This document shows positions 8,534-17,037 of a stretch of DNA of 64,000 nt, piece by piece. This DNA is from Oscillospiraceae bacterium (lineage in GTDB: Bacteria > Bacillota > Clostridia > Oscillospirales > QAMX01). The translations under genes were made by a program, and so were the position numbers. How positions within the stretch are numbered: the first letter of the stretch is position 1; each line of letters begins with the position of its first letter. The stretch spans positions 15,071 to 79,070 of the forward strand of contig SVLY01000001.1 in assembly GCA_015067715.1 (NCBI GenBank). Direction: 5' to 3'. The notes beneath the pieces were generated by a model. That model had not been told where the DNA came from and did no database searches. It saw only the letters and a list, made by a program, of their open reading frames with translations.

Positions 8534-9517
8534 CTATCTGTCGGCAACCGCCTGAATGCGGAGCACCTGCTCGCTGGAATCAAGCATATCTTTGGTGGAA
8601 ACAGGGCGCAAAACCGGATCCGAGACAGCGGCAACAAAACGGTCGATATAGTCACTTTGGGGCTTGACGGGATCGAGCAGTCGGGGCCGGTCCTCGCCGT
8701 CCAGCCAGACCTTAACTCCGGGGGCGGAGGCGCAGAATTCCATCATACCCTTTTCGCCCCAAAGGCGGAAGTGCCAGTAGGCAGAGTGGGAATAGCCCTG
8801 GGATCCCGGCGCGGCGTAGGATACGTCGGCCATAACTCCGGCGCCGGAGGTCAGACGGATAAGGAACTGGGCGCTGTCCTTAAAGTCCGGAACCTCTTTT
8901 GCGTAGAAGTTCCAGGTTACGGCGGCGTGGACGGTGTCCAGGTCGCTTCCGGTGAAAAGTCTCACAAGGTCAATGCCGTGGACGGCAATGTCGTTGACGG
9001 TGCCCCCCTGCATGCCGGGCTCAAAATACCACTGTGGACGGGAGCCGTAGTTGAGGGGGTGCTGACCTTCAAAGCCGATATTGTTGATCTTTCCGATAAG
9101 GCCGGCGTCGATGGCGGCCTTGGCGGTGACGGTGTTTTCGCTGTCTCTTAAGTCCAGCATAATGCCAACGGCAAGGTTTTTTTCCTGGCAGAGGCCGCGT
9201 ATGCAGGCGAGCTCTTCAAGAGAGGTGCAGAGGGGCTTGTCGGAGAGAACGTGTTTTCCGGCCTTGAGGGCGGCGATGGCGATGCTTCCGCGAACGCCGT
9301 AGCGCTCGCCAATGGCAATTGCGTCGGCGCCGCTGTTTTCAAGGAGGTCTTCAAGGCTTTCGTGGGTGAAAACAACCCCCTTTGCCTCGGCTTCGGCGCG
9401 GGAAGCAGGATCGTCCTCCCAGGCGCCGACTATTTCAATATCGTCCCGGGCGGCGCAAGAGCTGAAAAGGCTGTAGATATGGCCGTGGCGGAATCCGGCA
9501 AATGCGAGCTTGAGCAT
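8534..9517 (-). CDS. Gfo/Idh/MocA family oxidoreductase
   Basis: The ATG at 9517 follows AGGAGG. The upstream Pro/Ser-rich part of the 375-aa ORF overlaps the previous gene and is unlikely to be coding. LKLAFAGFRHGHI is a Rossmann-type start. The gene lies 20 nt downstream of the GH36 gene. Confidence 0.85.
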   Translation of the reverse strand: MLKLAFAGFRHGHIYSLFSSCAARDDIEIVGAWEDDPASRAEAEAKGVVFTHESLEDLLENSGADAIAIGERYGVRGSIAIAALKAGKHVLSDKPLCTSLEELACIRGLCQEKNLAVGIMLDLRDSENTVTAKAAIDAGLIGKINNIGFEGQHPLNYGSRPQWYFEPGMQGGTVNDIAVHGIDLVRLFTGSDLDTVHAAVTWNFYAKEVPDFKDSAQFLIRLTSGAGVMADVSYAAPGSQGYSHSAYWHFRLWGEKGMMEFCASAPGVKVWLDGEDRPRLLDPVKPQSDYIDRFVAAVSDPVLRPVSTKDMLDSSEQVLRIQAVADR

Positions 9518-9536
9518 GGGTTTATTCCTCCTGAAT

Positions 9537-11453
9537 TCAGATCTTTTTGTATTCCCAAAGGGATGCGGAGCGAATGGGCTGGGAGAAGGTGACCTCTCCG
9601 GCGGGGGCGGTAAACTCCTCTCCGGTGCGGAGGTTGACAAAACGGTAATCCCCTGGGGCAAGGCGTGGGAGAACGGTGAGAGAGTTCTTAGGCGCGGCGT
9701 TGTTGCGGATCACCTGCAAAATGCCGCGCCCCTCTTCGGGCAGGTCAAACTGCCATGCGGTCCAGCAGAAGCGGCTCTTATGGTAGGGGGTGAGGGCGTA
9801 GAAATCGGCTGTGCAGAGCACCGGGGCGACACGGTAGAAAAGGTCGCATATCTCACGGCCGTAGGCGTATTCCTCCTCGGTGATGCGGTCGGCCATGGCG
9901 AACTGGCCGAAGTGGAGGCAGGGGGCAAAATTGGAAAGGTCGCGGAACTCGTCGATGATCTCCGTGCGGATACGGGGGCCGTTGTCGTCCGGACGCTCGG
10001 TGGGGTAGGCGCCGTCGGCAAGCTCTTCAGAGGAGTTGAAGCCCCGGAAATAGGGGATCCAGGTGTAGAGGGTCTGCATGAAGGACTGGAGCACGGGGTG
10101 GTTCCCGTAGCCAAAGTCGGTCTCGTGGAGGGGCACGGAGCGGCGCATGGTCTCGATATCGTTCCGTCTGCCGCCGGAGGCGCAGGAGTCGATAACCAGC
10201 CCGGGGAAGCGCTGTTTCAGGGAATCCCAAAAACGCAGGTAATTCTGAACGTAGAGGTTCTCCGTTGAGCCGATGCGGTCTGCAGCGTCGTTTTCGTGCC
10301 AGATCTCAAGGGGCTCGAAATTGTAGTCCTGGCGGTATATCTTTATTTTTCCCTCTTCGATAATGTCGCCTATCTTTTTGGTGAGATAGTCACAGCAATC
10401 GTCCCGGGAGAGGTCCAGCATCATAACGTGGGGATTTTCCGGGGTGGAGATTATCCATTCGGGGTGCTCGGTGACCACCGAGGCGTATTTTGTGACGCGC
10501 TCTGCCTCGAACCACAGCAGGAAATCAAGCCCCTGCTTTTCACATTCCTCGCCCACGGGGGCAAGACCGTTGGGGAAGCGCTCCGGGTCGCATTTCCACT
10601 CGCCCAGAGTTCCCCACCAGTCGTCTTCTCCGTCGTCGTTTTTTGCGGGGTACCACCCGGCGTCCAGCCACCACAGGTTGCAGTTTATGCCGTTTTCCTT
10701 CATCCTGCGAATACGGGCGATAAGGTTTTCTTCGGTGGCGTGGGTGAATTCAAGGGTGCCTGCGGGCTTGTAGCAGCCCACGAGATAGGGCTTTGCCGTG
10801 CCAACGTGGGCAAGATACCATCTGCGCCAGACGTTGATGCCTTTTTCAAGACCGCCCTCGAAGCTGACAGCAACGATGAGGGGCGTGCGGAGAGTTTCTC
10901 CCGGGAGAATGACAGAGGCAAACTTTTCCTGCCGTGCCCAGAAGAGCACACCGTCTGCCGTGGCCTTGAAGCCGGACTGCCACTGTCCCGGCCAGCCTAT
11001 GGCAAAATTGTGGCCGTGGCCGTCGAAGAGCAGGCGCTGGTAGGGGAAAGCCCCGTCACAGCTTCTGCCGCCGCGGGGAGTCTGGACAAGCTCTCCCCCG
11101 CAGGAGAGGTGGGTCTCGGCGGTGGAATAGCCGTCTGCGGAGCAATAGTCGCCGTTACAGGTGTAGATCTTGTTGTTTTCCCCGGGGAAAACATTGTATA
11201 TTGCGTAAACGTCCCTCAGAACGGGAGAGGGGGATGTGCCGCGGTTTGTGAAATATACCGTCCACTCAGATGCGTCAAAGTCGGAGTATGCAACGCAGTC
11301 GGCCTTTATCTCAACGTCGCCAAGGGTTGCGGTGTAGACAATACGGTCGCCCTCGCGCCGCGCAAAGCAGCCATCCGGCATACCGGAAAAGCTGCCGTTG
11401 CCCAGAGTGAAACGGATGGGGAGCTTTTGGGGATCGAGCACAAGGTTTCTCAT
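9537..11453 (-). CDS. Glycoside hydrolase family 36 (alpha-galactosidase-like)
   Basis: 638 aa. Motifs LWWLDAGWY, YRQDYN and DSCASGGRR (the CxSGGxR-type motif of GH36). No signal peptide. Confidence 0.8.
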   Translation of the reverse strand: MRNLVLDPQKLPIRFTLGNGSFSGMPDGCFARREGDRIVYTATLGDVEIKADCVAYSDFDASEWTVYFTNRGTSPSPVLRDVYAIYNVFPGENNKIYTCNGDYCSADGYSTAETHLSCGGELVQTPRGGRSCDGAFPYQRLLFDGHGHNFAIGWPGQWQSGFKATADGVLFWARQEKFASVILPGETLRTPLIVAVSFEGGLEKGINVWRRWYLAHVGTAKPYLVGCYKPAGTLEFTHATEENLIARIRRMKENGINCNLWWLDAGWYPAKNDDGEDDWWGTLGEWKCDPERFPNGLAPVGEECEKQGLDFLLWFEAERVTKYASVVTEHPEWIISTPENPHVMMLDLSRDDCCDYLTKKIGDIIEEGKIKIYRQDYNFEPLEIWHENDAADRIGSTENLYVQNYLRFWDSLKQRFPGLVIDSCASGGRRNDIETMRRSVPLHETDFGYGNHPVLQSFMQTLYTWIPYFRGFNSSEELADGAYPTERPDDNGPRIRTEIIDEFRDLSNFAPCLHFGQFAMADRITEEEYAYGREICDLFYRVAPVLCTADFYALTPYHKSRFCWTAWQFDLPEEGRGILQVIRNNAAPKNSLTVLPRLAPGDYRFVNLRTGEEFTAPAGEVTFSQPIRSASLWEYKKI

Positions 11454-11550
11454 GGAGTGACCTCCCGAAAGAATAAATGTTACGGGTTAATTATACATAT
11501 CCGGTCTGCCCTTGTCAACGGGGATATTCCCTTTTTTGTCCCTGCAAACA

Positions 11551-11579
11551 TTGACAGATTTTCTTTGCCGTGGTATACT
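11551..11579 (+). promoter_or_regulatory. Sigma-A-type promoter for the GH2 gene
   Basis: TTGACA (11551-11556), a 17-nt spacer, then TATACT (11574-11579). Confidence 0.65.
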
Positions 11580-11631
11580 TGAAAGAGGATAATACCAGTT
11601 TGTATTTATTGAAAGGGAAGGTTGAACCCAT

Positions 11632-14600
11632 ATGATTTTTTCTCCTTATCACAAATCCCTTGAGCATCTCCACGTTGGCTGTGAGGCCCCCAGAGCCTAT
11701 TTCATCCCCTTCGGAAGCGAGGCTTCTGCCCTGAAGGGTCTGAGATCCAATTCCGACAGATTTCTGAACCTTTGCGGTGAATGGGACTTCAAATATTTCA
11801 CCTCCTTTGAGGACGTTGAAGAGGAATTCTGCGCCGCCGGTCTGGACGGCGTCGAACACGAAAAGATCACCGTTCCCAAGTGCTGGCAGAACTACACCGA
11901 CAGGGACTACGACCGTCCCCAGTATATCGACCAGGAATATCCCTTCCACTTCGATCCCCCCTACGTGGCCGACGAGAACCCCTGCGGTCTCTACAGCCGC
12001 CACTTCGTTCTGCCCGAGGGCGAAAAGTTCTATCTGAACTTCGAGGGCGTTTCCTCCTGCTTCTACGTCTGGATCAACGGCGCCTTTGTGGGCTACAGCC
12101 AGGTCAGCCACAGCACCAGCGAGTTCGACGTTTCCGCCTACGTTCGCGGCGGCGACAACCTGCTCACCGTTCTCGTTGTGAAGTGGTGCGACGGAACCTA
12201 TATCGAGGACCAGGACTTCTTCCGTCTTTCCGGCATATTCCGTGAGGTCTATCTGCTCTCCCGTCCCGAAGAGAACCTCCGTGACTTCTACATCCGCCAG
12301 GATATCTCTGCCGACCTTTCAAAGGCCACTCTCACCGTGGACCTTGACCGCCGCGGCGCATTCCCCGTTGAGTGGGAGCTGATCTGCCCCTGCGGAAAGA
12401 CCGTTGCCTCCGGCACCGAGACCGGGGACAGCATCGTTATCAACGTGGACGCCCCCGTTCTCTGGAACGACGAAAATCCCCGGCTTTACACACTCAAGCT
12501 GGTCTCCAACGGCGAGGTCATCGTCAACATGACCGCTCTCAAGCGCATTGAGATAGTCTCCGGCGTTGTGTACATCAACGGCGCAAAGGTCAAGCTCCGC
12601 GGCATCAACCGCCACGACAGCCACCCCACCCTTGGCTATGCAACTCCCGTAGAGCATATGCTCCATGATCTTGAGCTGCTCAAGCAGGCCAACGTCAACG
12701 CCATCCGCACCAGCCACTATCCCAACGACCCCAGATTTATGGAGTATTGCGATAAGTACGGCTTTATGGTGGTGGACGAGGCCGACCTTGAGTGCCACGG
12801 TGCCGGTTTTGAGTACCGCGGCGACGCCTACGCCGGCGCGTGGAGCTTCCCCCGCTGGGCAAGCGCAATGTCCGACAACCCCGACTGGGAGGAGGCCTAC
12901 GTTGACCGCGCCGCCCGCCTTTTCGAGCGTGACAAGAACTGCGGCTGTGTGGTCATGTGGTCCCTTGGCAACGAGTCCAGCATCGGCAACAACCACCGCG
13001 CCATGAGAAAATACATCAAGGACCGCATGCCCTCCGCCATCATCCACTACGAAAACGCCTATATTGAGTTCAAGCACAAGCCCCGTGACGAGGCCTTCGA
13101 CGAAGTTTCCGACGTTGAGAGCCGTATGTACGCCGGCATGGACTATATCGAAAGATACTTTGACGAAAAGCTCTCCAACAAGCCCTTCTACCTCTGTGAA
13201 TACGTTGACTCCATGTCCACCGGCCACGTTTACGAAAACTGGGATCTGGTTGAAAAGTACGACGGCTTCTTCGGAGCCCATATCTGGGAGTTTACCGACC
13301 ACACCGTTGACATCGGCGGCGGCAGATATACCTACGGCGGCTATTACGATCCCGTCCCGGACAACGGCGCCGGCTGTATCGACGGTCTTGTCCACCCCAA
13401 CAGAAAGCCCCGTCCCGGCTATTACGACATGAAGCGTGTCTACCAGCCCTGGACTGCGACTTACGAGGCCGGCAAGGTCACGGTCACCAGCCGCAGAAAG
13501 TTCGAGTCACTCTCCTATATGGAAATGCTCTGGAAGCTGGAGTGCGACGGTCACGTTATGGCCGAGGGCCGCGAGGAGCTGGATATCGCTCCCGGACAGG
13601 CAAAGACCTACGCCCTTTTCAACGAGAGTCTTGCCTTTGGTAACGCATATCTCACCCTCAGCTTTGTGACAAAGGCTGCCACCGACCTTGTTCCCCGTGG
13701 CTTTGAGCTGGGCTTTGAGCAGTTCAGACTTGACGCTCCCGCAACGGAAAAGATCGCTTCCGGCGTGGGCGAGCCTGTGATGCTTGAGGACGAAAAGTTC
13801 GTCCGGGTCATCTCCGGCGACACCGTCTACTCCTACGACAAGCGCTACGGCCGCATTTTCTCCATTGTGAACGGCGGAAAAGAGATGCTGGCTTCTCCCA
13901 TCGGTCTCTGCATCTGGCGTCCCCGTCATCTCAGCGACCGCCGTCCCTTCTTCCTCACCCACCTGCGCTTCAACTCCGGCTATCAGAAGACCTTCGGTGT
14001 TGAGACCGACTTCACCGAGACCGGCGCTCTGCGCATAACCGCAGATATCGGCTTCGGAGCCGTTTCCGCGCCCACCCTTATCCGCGGCAAGGCCAGCTGG
14101 GAATTCACCTCCGACGGTGCCGCAGACTTCTACTTCGAGGGCGACTTCCGCGAGCCCGTGAAGTTCCTGCCCAAGATCGGTCTTGAGTTCAAAATGCCCG
14201 CAGGCAACGAGTACGCCGAGTACTACGGCCACGGCCCCTTCGAAGCATACGTTGACCGCCGCCGCTCCTCCAGAGTTGCCCGTTTTGCCTCCACCGTTAC
14301 CGATATGCACGAGCATTACGTCATGCCCATGGAAAACGGCTCCCATTACGGCACCCTCTGGGCAACCGTTGCGGATGAGAACGGCCACGGCCTGCTCTTT
14401 GCCCCCAGAGGCGAGGGAAGCGAGCTCTGCTTCAAGGCGCTCCACTTTACCAATAAGCAGCTCAACGAGACTGACCACGATTGGGAGCTTGAGCCCCTTG
14501 AAGAGACCGTCGTAAGCCTTGACTACCGCTACCACGCTCTGTGCCCCAGCGACCGCATTGCCGCCAAGGAGCCCGACTATCACTTCACCCAGCGCCATAT

Positions 14601-14667
14601 GAAGTTCGGCTTCCGCATCAAGCCTGTAATCACAGGAAACATCGATCCCTTTGAAGAGATCAAGTAA
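11632..14667 (+). CDS. Glycoside hydrolase family 2 beta-galactosidase
   Basis: 1011 aa. Motifs NRHDSHP, MWSLGNES and CEY..SM, with a LacZ-like domain order. No signal peptide. Confidence 0.9.
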   Translation: MIFSPYHKSLEHLHVGCEAPRAYFIPFGSEASALKGLRSNSDRFLNLCGEWDFKYFTSFEDVEEEFCAAGLDGVEHEKITVPKCWQNYTDRDYDRPQYIDQEYPFHFDPPYVADENPCGLYSRHFVLPEGEKFYLNFEGVSSCFYVWINGAFVGYSQVSHSTSEFDVSAYVRGGDNLLTVLVVKWCDGTYIEDQDFFRLSGIFREVYLLSRPEENLRDFYIRQDISADLSKATLTVDLDRRGAFPVEWELICPCGKTVASGTETGDSIVINVDAPVLWNDENPRLYTLKLVSNGEVIVNMTALKRIEIVSGVVYINGAKVKLRGINRHDSHPTLGYATPVEHMLHDLELLKQANVNAIRTSHYPNDPRFMEYCDKYGFMVVDEADLECHGAGFEYRGDAYAGAWSFPRWASAMSDNPDWEEAYVDRAARLFERDKNCGCVVMWSLGNESSIGNNHRAMRKYIKDRMPSAIIHYENAYIEFKHKPRDEAFDEVSDVESRMYAGMDYIERYFDEKLSNKPFYLCEYVDSMSTGHVYENWDLVEKYDGFFGAHIWEFTDHTVDIGGGRYTYGGYYDPVPDNGAGCIDGLVHPNRKPRPGYYDMKRVYQPWTATYEAGKVTVTSRRKFESLSYMEMLWKLECDGHVMAEGREELDIAPGQAKTYALFNESLAFGNAYLTLSFVTKAATDLVPRGFELGFEQFRLDAPATEKIASGVGEPVMLEDEKFVRVISGDTVYSYDKRYGRIFSIVNGGKEMLASPIGLCIWRPRHLSDRRPFFLTHLRFNSGYQKTFGVETDFTETGALRITADIGFGAVSAPTLIRGKASWEFTSDGAADFYFEGDFREPVKFLPKIGLEFKMPAGNEYAEYYGHGPFEAYVDRRRSSRVARFASTVTDMHEHYVMPMENGSHYGTLWATVADENGHGLLFAPRGEGSELCFKALHFTNKQLNETDHDWELEPLEETVVSLDYRYHALCPSDRIAAKEPDYHFTQRHMKFGFRIKPVITGNIDPFEEIK

Positions 14668-14683
14668 ATAAATGCGCATAAAA

Positions 14684-14727
14684 GGCAGAAAGATCAAAGT
14701 TGCAAAAGCTTTGATTTTTCTGCCTTT
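14684..14727 (+). terminator. Rho-independent terminator of the GH2 gene
   Basis: ggcagaaagatcaaag / ctttgatttttctgcc, a 16-bp stem followed by TTT. Confidence 0.75.
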
Positions 14728-14853
14728 CGGCAGTATATATTTGGCAAATTTTTTCGTTGCCATCCCTTGAAAAATGTGGTATACTTATGCGGAAAGAGTG
14801 GGGAGGAGTCCCCTTTAAACCAAGATTTTACTTGCAAAGGAGCAGCACAATAC

Positions 14854-15537
14854 ATGGAAAAGCTTTATCAGGGCAAAACAAAGGACGTTTACCAGCTTGA
14901 AAACGGCAACGTTATGCTGAAGTTCAAGGACGATTGCACCGGCAAGGACGGTGTTTTTGATCCCGGCGAGAACTCTGTCGGCCTCACCATCGAGGGCATC
15001 GGCAAGGCCAACCTTCAGACCTCTGTTTACTATTTTGAGCTTCTCAAAGCTGCCGGCATCAAGACCCACTACGTCTCTGCCGACATCGAAAACGCCACCA
15101 TGGAGGTTCTGCCCGGCAAGGTTTTCGGTCACGGCCTTGAGGTTATCTGCCGTCTCGTTGCCACCGGCAGCTTCATCCGCCGCTACGGCGAGTACATTGC
15201 CGACGGCACCGTTCTCGAGGGCGGCTACGTCGAGTGCACCTTCAAGAACGACGAAAAGGGCGATCCCCTTGTCACTGCAGAGGGACTTGCCGCTCTTGGC
15301 GTTATGAGCCTTGAAATGTTCCAGAGCATGAAGGAGCAGACCCTTAAGATCACCAAAATCGTCGCTGACGACCTTAAGTCCATCGGTCTTGACCTTTGGG
15401 ATATCAAGTTTGAGTTCGGCTACAACAACGGCGAGGTCATCCTCATCGACGAGATCGCTTCGGGCAATATGCGCGTTTACAAGGACGGCGTCATCGTCGA
15501 GCCCGTCGAGCTCACCAAGCTCATTCTTGCAAGATAA
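14854..15537 (+). CDS. purC: Phosphoribosylaminoimidazole-succinocarboxamide (SAICAR) synthase
   Basis: [14 protein letters not shown]... is the canonical PurC N-terminus. The ATG at 14854 follows AAAGGAG. The ORF opens earlier, at 14767. Confidence 0.9.
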   Translation: MEKLYQGKTKDVYQLENGNVMLKFKDDCTGKDGVFDPGENSVGLTIEGIGKANLQTSVYYFELLKAAGIKTHYVSADIENATMEVLPGKVFGHGLEVICRLVATGSFIRRYGEYIADGTVLEGGYVECTFKNDEKGDPLVTAEGLAALGVMSLEMFQSMKEQTLKITKIVADDLKSIGLDLWDIKFEFGYNNGEVILIDEIASGNMRVYKDGVIVEPVELTKLILAR

Positions 15538-15554
15538 GTTAATTCCTGTTTTTT

Positions 15555-15596
15555 CACCGCAGAAGGCCTCCGTGCCCTCTGCGGTGTTATTTTTTG
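15555..15596 (+). terminator. Rho-independent terminator of purC
   Basis: caccgcaga ... tctgcggtg stem followed by TTATTTTTT. Confidence 0.75.
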
Positions 15597-15671
15597 CCGG
15601 AGTATATCTTGACATAAACGGGGAATTATACTAAAATTAAGCTGAAGAGAAACCAAAAGGGGGATCCGTCC

Positions 15672-16898
15672 GTGGACAAAAAACAGCCAAAAGGCATGGA
15701 ATCGCTTACCGAACTCTACCGTTCGGGCAGGGGCCCATCAAGCTCCCACACCATGGGACCGGAGCGGGCGTGTAAGCTTTTTATGGGGAAAAACCCCACG
15801 GCGGACAGCTTTAAGGCCGTGCTCTTCGGCTCCCTTGCCAAAACGGGCAGGGGTCACGGCACGGACAGGGTGATAAAAAAGACCTTTGCCGAGATCCCCT
15901 GCGATGTGGTTTTCGACACGGAGAAGACCGACCTTCCCCACCCCAACACCATGGAGCTTTTAGCCTTTTCCGACGGGAAAGAGGTGGACCGTATAACTGT
16001 GCTCAGCGTTGGCGGCGGCAGAATAACCGTGCCCGGGGAGTCTCTGGGCACAGCACCCACGGTATACTCCCACACCAGCTTTGAAGAAATTGCAGACTAC
16101 TGCCGGGAAAACGACCTGAGGCTTTGGGAATACGCCCTTGAAACCGAGGGGCCTGCTCTTGAGATCCATATGGAGCAGGTCTGGGAGACAATGAAAAAGT
16201 CAGTGCGAAAGGGTCTTCTAGCAGAGGGTATACTGCCCGGCGGACTTGAGGTACAGCGCAAGGCAAAGACCCTTTTCTCTGCCCAGCACATAGACGAAAG
16301 CGCCGAGACGAGGGAAAACCGCATGGTCTGCGCCTACGCCTTTGCCGTCAGTGAACAGAACGCCGCGGGCGAGACCATAGTCACAGCTCCCACCTGCGGC
16401 GCATCCGGCGTTTTGCCCGCCGTGCTCTATTACCAGCAGAAAAAGCGGGGGTATAGCGACGCAGAGATAATCCGCGCCCTTATGACCGGCGGAATTATAG
16501 GTAACCTTATCAAGACAAACGCATCCATCTCCGGCGCGGAGTGCGGCTGTCAGGCGGAGATAGGCTCGGCCTGCGCCATGGCCGCCGCCGCTTTGGCAGA
16601 GCTTTTCGGTCTGGATCTGGACAAGATCGAGTACGCCGCCGAGATCGCAATTGAGCACCATCTGGGACTCACCTGCGACCCCATCTGCGGTCTGGTGCAG
16701 ATACCCTGTATCGAACGCAACGCCGTTGCCGCCATGCGCGCCATAAACGCCGTGAGCCTTTCAAGCTTTCTGGCAGATACCAGAAAGCTCACTCTGGACG
16801 AGGTCATCCGCACCATGGGCGAGACCGGCCGGGATATTCACCACGCCTATCGCGAGACCTCCGAAGGAGGCCTTGCCAAGATCGACGTGACCGATTAA
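15672..16898 (+). CDS. sdaA: L-serine ammonia-lyase (iron-sulfur-dependent L-serine dehydratase)
   Basis: GRGPSSSHTMGP near the N-terminus and C-terminal GAECGCQAEIGSA-type Cys ligands. The start is uncertain: GTG at 15672 or ATG at 15696. Confidence 0.85.
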   Translation: MDKKQPKGMESLTELYRSGRGPSSSHTMGPERACKLFMGKNPTADSFKAVLFGSLAKTGRGHGTDRVIKKTFAEIPCDVVFDTEKTDLPHPNTMELLAFSDGKEVDRITVLSVGGGRITVPGESLGTAPTVYSHTSFEEIADYCRENDLRLWEYALETEGPALEIHMEQVWETMKKSVRKGLLAEGILPGGLEVQRKAKTLFSAQHIDESAETRENRMVCAYAFAVSEQNAAGETIVTAPTCGASGVLPAVLYYQQKKRGYSDAEIIRALMTGGIIGNLIKTNASISGAECGCQAEIGSACAMAAAALAELFGLDLDKIEYAAEIAIEHHLGLTCDPICGLVQIPCIERNAVAAMRAINAVSLSSFLADTRKLTLDEVIRTMGETGRDIHHAYRETSEGGLAKIDVTD

Positions 16899-16939
16899 CC
16901 CCGCGGGGGGAACGGAATTTCAGAGAAGAGTGAACAGAT

Positions 16940-16973
16940 ACAATCGGGGCGATTTTTAAATCGCCCCGATTGT
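16940..16973. other. Perfect 16-bp-arm palindrome (possible bidirectional terminator)
   Basis: acaatcggggcgattt-tt-aaatcgccccgattgt between the convergent sdaA and blaR1-like genes. No external U-tract, so the terminator call is tentative. Confidence 0.45.
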
Positions 16974-16983
16974 GTATTGCACC

Positions 16984-17027
16984 CTCAGTCTCGCTTCGCG
17001 AGCCGGCTCCCCCTGAAAGGGGGGAGG
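16984..17027 (+). repeat. REP-like structured element, type B (ctcagtctcgct.cgcgagcc.gctccccc-gaaa-gggggag)
   Basis: Near-identical copies lie at 50713-50752 and 52403-52442. It ends in a G/C hairpin capped by a GAAA loop. Confidence 0.8.
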
Positions 17028-17037
17028 TTTTTGTTGA

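Noticed and set aside
14728-14853. A purine or ZTP riboswitch upstream of purC.
   Set aside because: The leader is about 60 nt and lacks both the purine-aptamer three-way-junction cores and the ZTP GGGUCGUGA...CCGCCUGGGCA-type sequences. Only a promoter (TTGCCA-17-TATACT) and an SD sequence are visible.
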